Made by a program: the position numbers and the translations under genes. From the IMG/VR virus record IMGVR_UViG_3300017647_000010, positions 1 through 34,238 of that record: a DNA stretch of 34,238 bases. One strand, given 5' to 3'. The notes under the pieces were generated by a model. That model worked only from the letters and a program-made list of their open reading frames with translations. It was not told the DNA's origin and made no database searches. The number at the start of each line of letters is the position of its first letter. Within the stretch, counting starts at the first letter, position 1. Positions 9,351 to 21,300 of the stretch are shown here, one piece after another. Source of the DNA: a virus. Taxonomy: Duplodnaviria; Caudoviricetes.

Positions 9351-9390
9351 CAGTTGTTGTTTGCCAATAAGAATAAGAAGAACAGGCGAT

Positions 9391-12300
9391 ATGAGTCAGC
9401 TTGAGCTGGATGCAATTCTTGGTAGCGGTGGTGAAGACGACGTTCACACGCCCATCGAAGCGGATGACACCATCCAGTCTCGGGCAATGGTCGACTTTAT
9501 CGACCTCATTGGGGAAGGGCAGATCGGCGGACTGATCGATGGCGAAAAATCGATCTTGATCGACGGCACCCCACTTCAGAATGCCGACGGCAGCTACAAC
9601 TTCCAGGGCGTCACCACAGACTTCCGGGACGGACGACAAGACCAAACGCCGATGAGCGGATTTCGCGAAGCCGGGACGGCGTTCGCGGTCAACGTTCAGG
9701 TAAAGCAAGGAACACCATACACCTTCACCGTTGACAACATCGACGCCGACCGCGTCCGGGTCATCATGGGCTTCCCGGCCTTGTTCTCCCAGAACAAGGA
9801 GAACGGGGACATCAACGGCGTCACCGTGGAATACAAGTTCGCGATTTCGACGGACGATGGCCCATTCGTTGATGTGACGGCCGAGGAGAATAGCGGTCCG
9901 GTCATCCAGATCAACGACAAGACTCGGTCCAAAGCTCAGCGTCAACACACGCTGAGACTGCCCAAGCCCGGCAGCATGTGGAAGATCCGTGTCACGCGGC
10001 TCTCCGCTGATGATGCGGATAGCTCGACGTCGTCTCAGACCTTCGTGGACAACTACGTCGAGATCGTCGACACCCGATTCTCCTACCCCAATTCGGCGGT
10101 GGTAGGGATTCGCATTGACTCGTCCCTATTCAACCGGATTCCGCCCCGAGCCTATTGGGTTGCAGGGATCAAGATCAAGATTCCCAGCAACTATGACTCC
10201 TCGACCAATACATACGTAGGCGTCTGGGATGGCACGTTCAAGCTTGAGTCTTCCAGTAACCCGGCCTGGATCCTCTATGACCTTCTGACCAATACCCGCT
10301 ACGGTCTGGGCAAATACATCCAGTCCTCGCAGATCGACAAGGCGTCGTTCTATATCGCCGGACGCTACTGCGATGAGCTGGTAGACAATGGCTTTGGTGG
10401 GTTGGAACCGCGGTTCGCGATCAACACTAGCATCACAAAGCCGGTCCCCGCTTATACCTTGATCCGCGACCTGGCCAGCGTATTCCGCAGCTCCGTGTTC
10501 TGGGCGGGTGCAGGTGTGCAGTTGACTCAAGATGCGCCCGGCAATCCGGTCATGCTGTTCAACCAGGCCAACGTGTCGCCCGAGGGATTCACCTATACCG
10601 GCAGCGCGCGCAAGGATCGTCATTCCGTCGTCGTCGTCACTTGGAACGACCCGGACAACAATTTTAAGAGCACGCCGGAGTATGTGGATGATCCTGAGCT
10701 GGTCCTGCGATACGGTCTCCGCCAGCAGGACATCGTGGCATTCGGTTGTTCCAGCCGCGCGCAGGCACGTCGAGTAGGGAAGTGGATTCTCTACACCGAA
10801 AGTTCTGAGTCCGACCTTATTACGTTCGACGTTGGCTTGGACGCGGCGCGTGTGCTGCCGGGCGAAATTATCCAGATCCATGACTCGATGCGTGCCGGCC
10901 GGCGCATGGGCGGCCGAGCGAAGTCGAGCACGCTCACGTCGCTTGTTACCGACGCCCCGGTTGAGCTCCAGACGACCGGCGCGTCGGTGTTCATCTTGAC
11001 GGAAGATGGCGAACTTGTAGAGCGCCCGCTCTTGCAACAGCGTGGCACCTTTACGACGCTGACCTGGGCCACCCCGTTGCCTTCGCCGGCGGTGCCGAAT
11101 GCCGTATGGATCGTGAGCGAGCCGAACCTCAAGCCGATTCTCGCGCGGGTGATGAGCGTAACCGAAAAGCCGGATAGCAAGTCCGGTCCTTGGTTCACGA
11201 TAACTGCTGTCGAGCATAACCCGCTCAAATACGCCGCAATCGAGCAGGGGATCAAGCTTGAGACTCCGCCGACCACGATAGTTGACGTGCGGCCCGCCGC
11301 CCCGGCGGACATCAAGTTCACCACGGGACGCTATCAGCTTGCCGGCGATACTTTGGGCGTCAAAGGCATTTTGTCCTGGTTTGGCACTAGCCCGAGCTAC
11401 ACGGTGCGATACCGCCGTCGTGGGAACCCGTGGGTATCGGTGACCGCAGATCAGCCGTCCCTCGACATATACAACATCGAGGTCGACACCTACGATTTTG
11501 AGCTAACCGCCAGGTCTCCCCTGGGCAAGACATCGCCGGTAGCAACGTTCAGCGTGAACGTCACACCTGAGGGCATTGAGCTGCCGGAGGTGCAGAATCT
11601 CGCACTTGAGGGAACGTTCACGGGCTTCGAGGCGAAGATTCACTGGGATCGAACTCCCGGTGCCAACGGCTATGAAGTGGCAGTTTTCGTGCCGGCGGTG
11701 AACAGGATTGTCCGCCAGGTGGTGCTGGGAAATGTTCAGCGCTACGAATACAGCGCGGACGACATGCTGATGGACGGCGGTCCGTGGCGGTCAGTGCAAT
11801 TCCGGGTCCGAGCTAGGGGCCTACTGGGCGAGCATGGCCCGTGGAAGTCGCTGGACGCTCTGAATCCCCAGGTGGGTCCGCTGCAGGGCATCCGCCTCAC
11901 GGGTGGGATTAAGGCAATCTACTTCCAATGCGACCGTCCGGCTGATGCGGACTTCGCCGGCGTTCGTGCGTGGATCAGCACCGATTCTGCCTTTGTGCCA
12001 AGTGAAGCCACTTTGGCGCAGGACGGATCGAACTACGCCATGACGATCAGTAGCCTGCCCGATGGCTCGCCGCTGGTTGGCGGCACTGAGTATTTCGTGC
12101 GATTCGCCGGATACGACTCATTTGGCAAGGACGCGCTGTCGATATCCCCGTCGTTCGCTGTGACTGTGGAGTCGACCGAGCTCGGGCCGGATTCCATCAC
12201 GGCGGAGATGCTCCAGGACGAGATCATCGACACGGCGAAGTTCGCCAAGGGACTGGAGCCGGTAAAGAAGGTCTCTGTCGTCAATTCGGCCACGCCCTAT

Positions 12301-15300
12301 CAGGGTGTGTCGACCGTCATGAGTGAGTCTGACGGTAAGCTCTATCGCTGGGACGCCGCTCAGAGCAAGTATGTCGCCACGGTGCCCACGACCGACATTA
12401 CTGGGCAGCTTACAAGCGACCAGATCCAATCGGTGGTCGCCACCAAGGTCACGGGGCAATTGACAAGCGACCAGATCGCGGCCCTTGAAGCTGCGAAAGT
12501 CACTGGCCAGCTCGTCAAGGATCAGATTGCGAACAATGCAATCACGTCCGACAAGATCGCGGATGCTGCGATTACCGCAAGCAAGTTCGGCACGGGCATT
12601 GAACCGGTTGCCGAAGTGAGCAGCGTGCCGACTGTCCGGGTCACCAATACGGTCTTCAACAAGGCGGACGGCAAGCTCTACAGGTGGGATACAGAGAAGA
12701 CGGTAACGGGCAACGTCAACGCTACGTGGGGCGGCTCTCCTGCGGTCGGCGCCTCCAAAGTTGTCGCAGGCGACACATATGTATCTGTCGCGAAGACCAA
12801 GACCAATAGCAGCGAAAGCACAGCCAAGGGCATAGTCTCTGTTGCGGCAGTAGGCGGCGTCTACTCGTTTGTTGCGAAGCTGCTCGCGGATACCTCGAAC
12901 ACGATCTCGATTGGCATCGGGGCTATTGACGACGGTAGCGGAGGAATCTGGGGCACTGACGCCACCACGACCGTTCGCATCTTGTCCGGCCCTGGCGTCC
13001 TTGACCTGCGGGTCGGCTCGCTCGCCCGCATTACCGGTTTGAGTGCCACCGTGCCGACGGTAGTTGAGGTCTCCCGCAGCTATCAAGGCGTCGTTTCCGT
13101 CAGCGCCTACATTTACCCGGGCGGACACTCCTCGACAGTGGTTGGGGCTGCCAACTTTGTCGGCCCGATCCTGGCGGGTCGGAGCAGCTACAAGGCCACC
13201 CTGGATGCTGCGGACATCAACGGCACGCTATCCAGCGCCCAAGTCGAATCGTTAGCAGCAAGCAAGATTACGGGGCAGCTGTCGGACGCTCAGTTGCAAG
13301 CGATCTCGGCGGCAAAGATCGCCGGACAGCTTGTGGGGAGTCAGATTGCGGCTGGTGCCCTCGATGCAACTAAGTTCGCATCCGGCGTCGAGCCTATTGC
13401 GATCGTCTCGTCGCTGCCCCCGGCATCGGGCTATTCCGGGCCGAAAGTTGTGATGTTCCAAGGCAAGCTGTATCGCTACAGCAGTGGCGCTTGGTCCGCC
13501 GCCGTGCCTGCAACCGATGTCTCGGGTCAGTTGACCGACGCACAGCTTGGTGGCATCTCCGCGAGCAAGATAGCTGGACAAGTTGCGAGCGCTCAGATAG
13601 CTGCCGGCTCTATCACTGCCGACAAGTTCGGTTCAGGCCTGGAGCCGGTGACGACGGTTACCTCTGTCCCGGCCAGCAAATCGACGAACTTGATTTACAA
13701 CTCCACCGACAAGAAGATGTATCGGTGGGATGGCACGAAATACGTCGCAACAGTCGCTTCGTCCGACATCTCAGGCACGTTAAATGATGCCCAGCTTGGG
13801 GGTATTTCGGCAAGCAAGATCTCCGGCGCCATCCAGGACAGCCAAATTGCGGGTATTGCGGCCAACAAGGTTTCCGGCCAGCTGACGGACAGTCAAATTT
13901 CCGGGGTATCCGCGAGCAAGATTGCCGGAACGATCACCTCGGCTCAGATAGCGGGCGTTGAAGCCAGTAAGGTCACTGGCCAATTGACGGATGCCCAGCT
14001 TGCGGCGATTAGCGGGGCGAAGGTTACCGGTCAGGTGCCTGCTGCGGCCATCCCCGCGGGCTCGATTGATGCCTCGAAGTTCGCGAGTGGCATTGAGCCG
14101 ATCGCTACCGTAACTTCGGTTCCCACCGCCAAGCTGACGAGCACGATCTACAACACGACCGATAAGAAGCTTTATCGGTGGAACGGCACGGCCTACACCG
14201 CCGCTATTGATTCGGCGGACATCAACGGCACCATTAGCGGCGCGCAGATTGACGGGATAGCTGCGAGCAAAGTTACCGGGCAGCTCTCGGACTCTCAACT
14301 GCAGTCCATTTCCGCCGCGAAGATTGCCGGTCAGGTAGTCGCCGGACAGATTCAATCGGGTGCGGTGACGCCGTCGAAGCTTGCCGGCATGACCGCCGGG
14401 TTCGCACTAAATGCCGATCCGCAGGCGTCCGATCCGGCGGCCTGGGTGTCGCACTACGGACACGACATCAGTGGCAGCTTCATCACGCTTGATGATGGAG
14501 CTGTAGGGCGGACCGCGGTCCGTAAGGTCGGCGGCCAGGGCTCGGCATCTTTCTGGAACTACACCGCGGAACGGATTCCCGTGGTTGGAGGACAGCGATA
14601 CCGATTCTCCGCAAAGTTCCGACGAAGCCCTGATGCTGATGGATCAGATCGATTCACTTGCCGGCGCTACGGACCGGCAGGGAACTATATCGACTACGTA
14701 TACAGCGATACGCTTGGCGTGCCGGGGACTGGTGAGTGGGTAGAGCGCGAGTGGCTTTGGACCGCGCCCCTCACGTGCAATTCCGTCTCGCCCGGCTTCT
14801 CCATCAACCACAACGGCACCGTCGGCTGGGCCGACATGCAGGATTTCCGCTTCGAGGCGGTGCTACCTGCCGGTCTGTTGTTGGACGGCGTGATCACGTC
14901 CACGAAGATTTCGGATGGAGCGATCTCTACGCCCAAGCTGGCCGCGGGGGCGGTCATCGCGGAGAAGATTGCTGCGAAGACCATCTCCGCCGACAAACTG
15001 GTGCTGGGAACCGTTTCAGACAATCTCGTCTATAACGGCAACCCCGACGTTGAGGACTTGAACGGCGCGGGCTGGTGGGCCTACCAGACTTCGGGCGCTG
15101 GTGGTGTCATGCTGTCGCGCAATACCAGCCTTGCGGGCATGGGGGCAAAGCGTCTCAGCATCGAGAAGGCGGCATTGGCCGACGGCATTGGGATAGCTTC
15201 GCGTCCGTTCGCGGTCGTGCCCGGAAAGGCCTATGAGATCCGATTCGTCGCTGGCGCGTCTTCGGCCACCACTGTTGGCAGGTATTTCCGCGTCATCCAT

Positions 15301-18300
15301 GGTCCGACCCTCGATCCGCTGACTGGTCAACTGCCATATCCGTCCAGCGTCACAAACCTCGTCAACGCGAATACGGCGTGGGATTCGGCGATTCAACCCT
15401 ACTCGTTCACGTGGGTTGCGCCGGAGGGTGTGAACTGGGCTGCACTGTCGATCTACAGTTGGATCAACGGCCCGTTGACCATCTACCTGGACAACGTAGA
15501 GATCTATAGCACGACGGCCGCCACGATCATTCGCCCCGGTAGCATTTACGCCGACTCAATCGTGGCTGGGAGTTTGTCCGCCACTCAGATCGCTGCGGGC
15601 GCGATCACCGCCGAGAAGCTTGCCGTCAATGCCGTCACGGCTGCCAAGATCGCTGCGGATGCGGTCACTGCCGCCAATATCCAGGCAGGCGCAATTCAGA
15701 CAGCGAAGCTGGCTGCGGGGGCCGTATCCGCGGACAAGATTGCAGCCAGTGCAGTTACAGCCGACAAGCTCGCGGCCAACTCGGTCACTGCAGGCAAGAT
15801 TGCTACAGATGCCGTCACCGCGGGAACGGTGGCGGCGGGAGCGATCAACGCGCGCGAGCTCGCAGCAGGTGCGGTAACAACCGCAGCGCTCGCGGCCGGT
15901 GCCGTCACAGCCGATACCGTTGCCGCGAACGCCATTACCACGCCCAAGATCGCCGCGGGAGCTGTTACGGCAGCGCAAATTGCGGCTGGCTCAGTGCAGG
16001 CGACCCAACTCGCAGCAGGCGCCGTAACCGCCGACAAAGTGGCGGCGAACGCCATCACTGCAGACAAGATCGCCTCGAATGCGGTAACCGCCGCGAAGAT
16101 CGTGTCGGGGACAATCACTGGCGACAAGATCGCCAGCAAGACGATCACCTCGCAGAACCTGCTGGTCACGCCCGCGAACCTGATTCCGAATGGCAACTTC
16201 GAGACAGGCGATGTCTCGAACTGGCTGCCGTATTCCAATCCCGCAAATCAAGAGATTCTTGAGGGCACTGCGGCAAGCGTTCCGGCGGGCGCGCCGACAC
16301 GGTTCGTGATGCGCATGTGGAGCGGCACGGTCTCCATCTTCACCCATGGAGGCAGCTACTCTGCGTCCCATTGGGGCAACGATGGTATCCCGGTGCGCCC
16401 AGGGGAGAAATACTACGTCTCCCTCCGAGTCGCCAAGAGTGCTGATCTGGCCCTGTCCGATGCGGTCAGCATCCTGACGTATTACCGCACGGCTGATGAT
16501 ACGAACGTGCAGCCCGGCCAGCGGTTCAATGTGAACGCCGCCGGCATTACGAGCAACTGGATGGAGCTCGGCGGGGTTGTTACCGTTCCCGCTGGTGCTG
16601 CACGCATGCGGTTCTACATCTATGCGAACCAGATAACCGCGGGCTCACTATTCGTTGCCGATATGCGCGCCTGGCGCGTTGCTGACGCCACCATAATCGC
16701 AGATGGCGCCATCACGACGGCTAAGATTCAGGCTGAGGCAGTCACTGCCAATGAACTGGCGGCGAGTTCAGTTACGGCGCAGAAAATTGTTGGCGGAGCC
16801 GTTACGGCCGAGAAGATTGCCGCCAACGCGGTCACAGCGGACAAGCTTGACGCCAATGCAGTTACGGCGGCAAAGATCGCTGCCGGCGCTATTACTTCCG
16901 ACAAGATCGCGGCCAATGCCATCCAGTCCAGCCACCTGAGCGTTCTCGCGAAGAGCCTGCTCAACAATTGGTCCCAGACCCGCACTCTAGACGGCTGGCA
17001 GAATATGCAGCCTGGCATAGGTGCATTGGACCTCGTCGACGACCCGTTAGGCATTTACCCTGTCGGCTCGGTGCTGCGCTTTCGGTCTACGGGCAACGCC
17101 TACATCTTCTCGGACATGATTGATGTCGATCCGGCGAAGACCTATCGACTGACGCTTGACATCTACAGCCCCGCAGGATCGCCGAACACGCGCTATGTCG
17201 GGTTCTATGCGCTGCGCAATACGTCGGAAGCCTATCAGGCGGTGACGCCGTTCTTCCAAGCGTCGCGAACTTTCGGCACGCCGACCTCGAACCCCTATTT
17301 CTACAGCGCTTCCGTCGCGAACTCGGGATGGGTTCGCATCGTAGCCTATATCATCGGCCATAACGTCGAGGCCAGCGAGATTCCCGAGGCTGTCAATGCG
17401 AACAGCTTCCGGATGACAGCGGCGACGAACAAGATCCGACTGCGCCTACTGAACTACAACGGATCCACGGCGAATCCCTTGGACACGTTCGTATTCGGCC
17501 CGTCGTTGACCGAAATCGGCGCCGGGATGATTCACGGCACACAGATCGTCGCCGAGTCGATTTCCGCTGATCAAATCAAGGCAAACGCGGTAACGACAGC
17601 GAAAATCGCTGCCAGCGCGGTCACGGCGAATGAACTGGCTGCAGGGTCCGTTACGGCGGCGAAGATTGTCGCTGGCGCTGTCACCACCGATAAGCTGGCC
17701 GCGAATTCCGTCACTGCGAACGAGCTCGCGGCGAATGCTGTAACGGCTGGAAAGGTCGCCGCTGGTGCGATTTCCGCTACTGAGCTCGCTGCAGGCGCCG
17801 TGACGGCTGAGAAGCTTCTCATTAAAGGCATAGGCGCTGCGCTGAACCCGGACCCTCATCTGCAGGATGCGGCGCTCTGGGCGAAGAGCAACGGCGCTGG
17901 CGGCAGCGTCACCGCGATGCCCGTCGTCAAGAAGGTCGCCGATGCCTATGTTGGCGATTCGGTGCTTGAAGCGACCGTTCATTCGTGGCGCTACTACGAC
18001 GACCACAAGTGGCCGATCGACCCCACCAAGACCTATCTCCTCGAAGTGGTAGCGCGGCGCCTGACCGGAACCGCGTCCTTCTATGGCTGTTGGAGGTTCT
18101 TCGACCAGGCCGGCAATGTTCTCCTCGCACAGGCGGGGCAAGGTTGGCCGGGCACGAACTCCAACAACTACTACTTCCCGTCCGGAACGGCGCTCGACAG
18201 CACGTGGACGCGCATCGCGCGGGCAATGGGGCCGGCGGGGGATATGCAGATTCCTGCGAATGCCGCGTTTATGGCGTTCAACCCCATCTTCGGCTACACG

Positions 18301-21300
18301 ACTGGAGGAACGCAGCAGCTGGGGATGGTCCGTGTGACCGAAATGGCACGCGGCGAGCTGATCGTCGATGGCGCGGTTACCGCGACGAAGATCGCGGCCG
18401 GTTCAGTCATTACCGACAAGCTTGCAGCAAGTGCAATCACCGCGGACAAGCTGGCAGCCAATTCTGTAACGGCAGTCAAGATTGCAGCCGGGGCTATTGA
18501 GACGGCGAAGCTGGCTGCTGGAGCCGTAACGACTGACAAACTGGTCGCGCAGGCGGTCACTGCCGATAAGCTGGCCGTGAACTCCGTCACCGCGGACAAG
18601 CTGGCAGCCAATTCCGTGACGGCAGGGGCGATTGCCGCTAACGCGGTCACGGCGGACAAGATCGATTCTCGCGGCTTGTCCATAAAGGACGCTGCGGGCA
18701 ACGTGATTCTTGCGGCCGGCACGCCTCTCACCAACACCGAGAACAGCGTCCTGAGCATCGCCAATCCGGCAGGTGGATCGTATAGCGGCCCTGCCACGGC
18801 AACCGGCGCGATCAAGATCACGTTGCCGCAGTCTTGGACATCGACGATGATGCGGTTCCGCGTGGAGATCTACAACTACGCGAACGGCTCGTCTACTTCC
18901 TACGAGGTCGGCGGATACAACTACCAGACCGGGGTGTGGATCAGCCACTTCGCTACGGCGAACGGCGATCCTACGCGCGTCATGCCGGTTAGATTTGGGC
19001 ACGACGGTTCGAAGTGCTGCATCTGGATCGGAGAGCCGACCACTACTTGGCAGTATGCCAAGGTGGTGGTTAAGGACTTTATCGCTGGGCACGGCGCGAT
19101 TACTCCGAGCTTGTGGCAAACGGGGTGGTCGATCACCGTGGACGTCGCGGCACCGACCAATGTGTCCGCCGCTGTATTGAAGCCGGTTCCTGGCGGCGCG
19201 ATGTCGGGGATCGACCAAATCACGGCGGGCAATGCAACAACGTTCATCGCCAGCGCCGCGATTCAGTCGGCGATGATCGACAGTCTGCACGGTAACAAGA
19301 TCCAGGCGAATTCGATCACGGCGGGCCAGATCGCTGCGAATGCCATTACGGCTGACAAGCTGGTGTCCGGAGCCGTGACTGCAGACAAGATCGCAGCCAA
19401 CGCTGTCACCGCGACCGCTATCCAGGCCGGCGCCATTACAGCACAGAAGGTTGCCGCCAACGCGATTACGTCGGACAAGCTCCTGATCGGCATGGGCTCG
19501 AACTTGGTGCCGAATCCTGAGTTTGCGACGGGAGATTTGTCAGGCTGGGTGAACAACGGCGCCAACACTGTGGTTCCGGCCAGCACCACGGGCGTTCCGC
19601 CTGGTCCCCCGGCCTTGAACGTTCTAAGGCTAACTGGAGCGGGTTTCGTTCAAACTCACTCCACGCTCTACAGCGCAGCAGGGGCGACCACAGACGGCAT
19701 TCCCGTCGTTCAAGGCGAAAAATACCTAGTCACGATGACGGCCGCTATCAAGGCGGGGACCGCAGTGACGCTGGCTCGGTTGACAGCCGTCGGAACGTCC
19801 TACACGGGAGCGGCTGTCGCGCTCACTGTGCGCGACAACATCCCCGTCACGACTTCTTGGGCCGACTACACGGCAATCATCACGGTTCCCGCTGGCTGGG
19901 CGAGGATGATGGTCATCGTCTACCTGCGCTCTTCTTCGGGCGAGTGCTACCTCGGGCGTCTGAAGATCGAGCGGATCTCCGGGGCGACCATGATCGAGGA
20001 TGGCGGAATTACCACCGACAAGCTCGCAGCAAACTCGGTGACGACCGCCAAGATCGCTACAGGCGCCGTAACCGCCAATGAGATCGCTGCGAACGCCATC
20101 ACGTCGGCGAAGATCGCAGCCGGCGCTATCACGGCGAATGAACTGGCTGCCGGTGCCGTCTCGGCAGACAAAGTCGCCGCCGATGCGATTACCGCTATCA
20201 AGATAAAAGCTGGCGAAGTCACGCTCGATAAGCTTGCGGCCAATTCCGTGAATGCGTCCAAGATCGTGGCCGCCTCCATCACGGGCGACAAGCTGGTGGC
20301 AAATACGATCACCGCGGACAAGATCGCTGCAACCACAATCACTGGCGACAAACTCGCTGCAACCACAATCACTGGCGACAAGATAGCTGCGGCCACGATC
20401 ACTGCAGAGAAGCTTGCCGCCAACTCGGTTACAGCTGACAAGTTGTCAGCCGGCTCTGTGACGGCTGAGAAGATCGCAGCCGGCGCCATTTCGGCCGACA
20501 AGATCGAAGTTGGCTACAACGAGAATCTCGTTCTTAACGCTGGGCTGTTCAGCGGTCGTGCTGTATCGCCTGATAACTGGACGCTCTACGGCGGCGTCCT
20601 GTCGGGCCATGGTTACGCCGTGACCGGACAGAACGTCTATGCAGGGAACAGGATACCGAACATTTCGACTTTGGAGCTTGTTCAGACCGATGGATATAGC
20701 ACCGGAAACCCTGATGCCGATTGGGGCGAAATCGTCTCTGATCACGTCGCGTGCTCCCCGGGGGAACGGTTCGAGTTCTCGTGCTACACGGCAAATCATC
20801 GATGCTCGTCCAGGGTTGGAATCCAGTTCCTGAACTCAGCCGGCACGTGGATCGCTGAGACGTGGGTAAATGGAGCGAACGTCGCTGGCTCGACGTCAAT
20901 TCTCGATTGGGGTCGGGTTGGCGGATTTGAGGTCGCACCGGCAAACGCTGCGTTCGTCCGCATTTCACTCCGAAAGCAGGCAACCAACTCTGGAAGCATC
21001 ACCAGCTCGTCCTTTTTCGTCTGCCCGATGCTCGCCCGAGCCCCAAGCGGAAAAACGCAGCTGTCCAATTGGAAAGACAACTCCAACATCATCCGCCTTT
21101 CCGGCGGTCGGATCACTACGCCGTCTATCCAGGCATTGGCCGGCGATCTTGGCACCCTTCAAGTGGGCACTGCCAATATCGCGGACTTGAGTGTCAGCAC
21201 CCTGAAGATTCAGGACAGGGCGGTGACTGTGCCGGCTGCATTTGTTGACCTTAACGAGATCACGTTGCTGGACGATCAGTTCAGATGGTTCGCCGGCATC

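Noticed and set aside
14884-20510. 30-bp periodicity suggesting a CRISPR array or non-coding tandem repeat
   Set aside because: The repeats are in-frame protein repeats with synonymous variation. There are no constant repeats with unique spacers and no cas genes.
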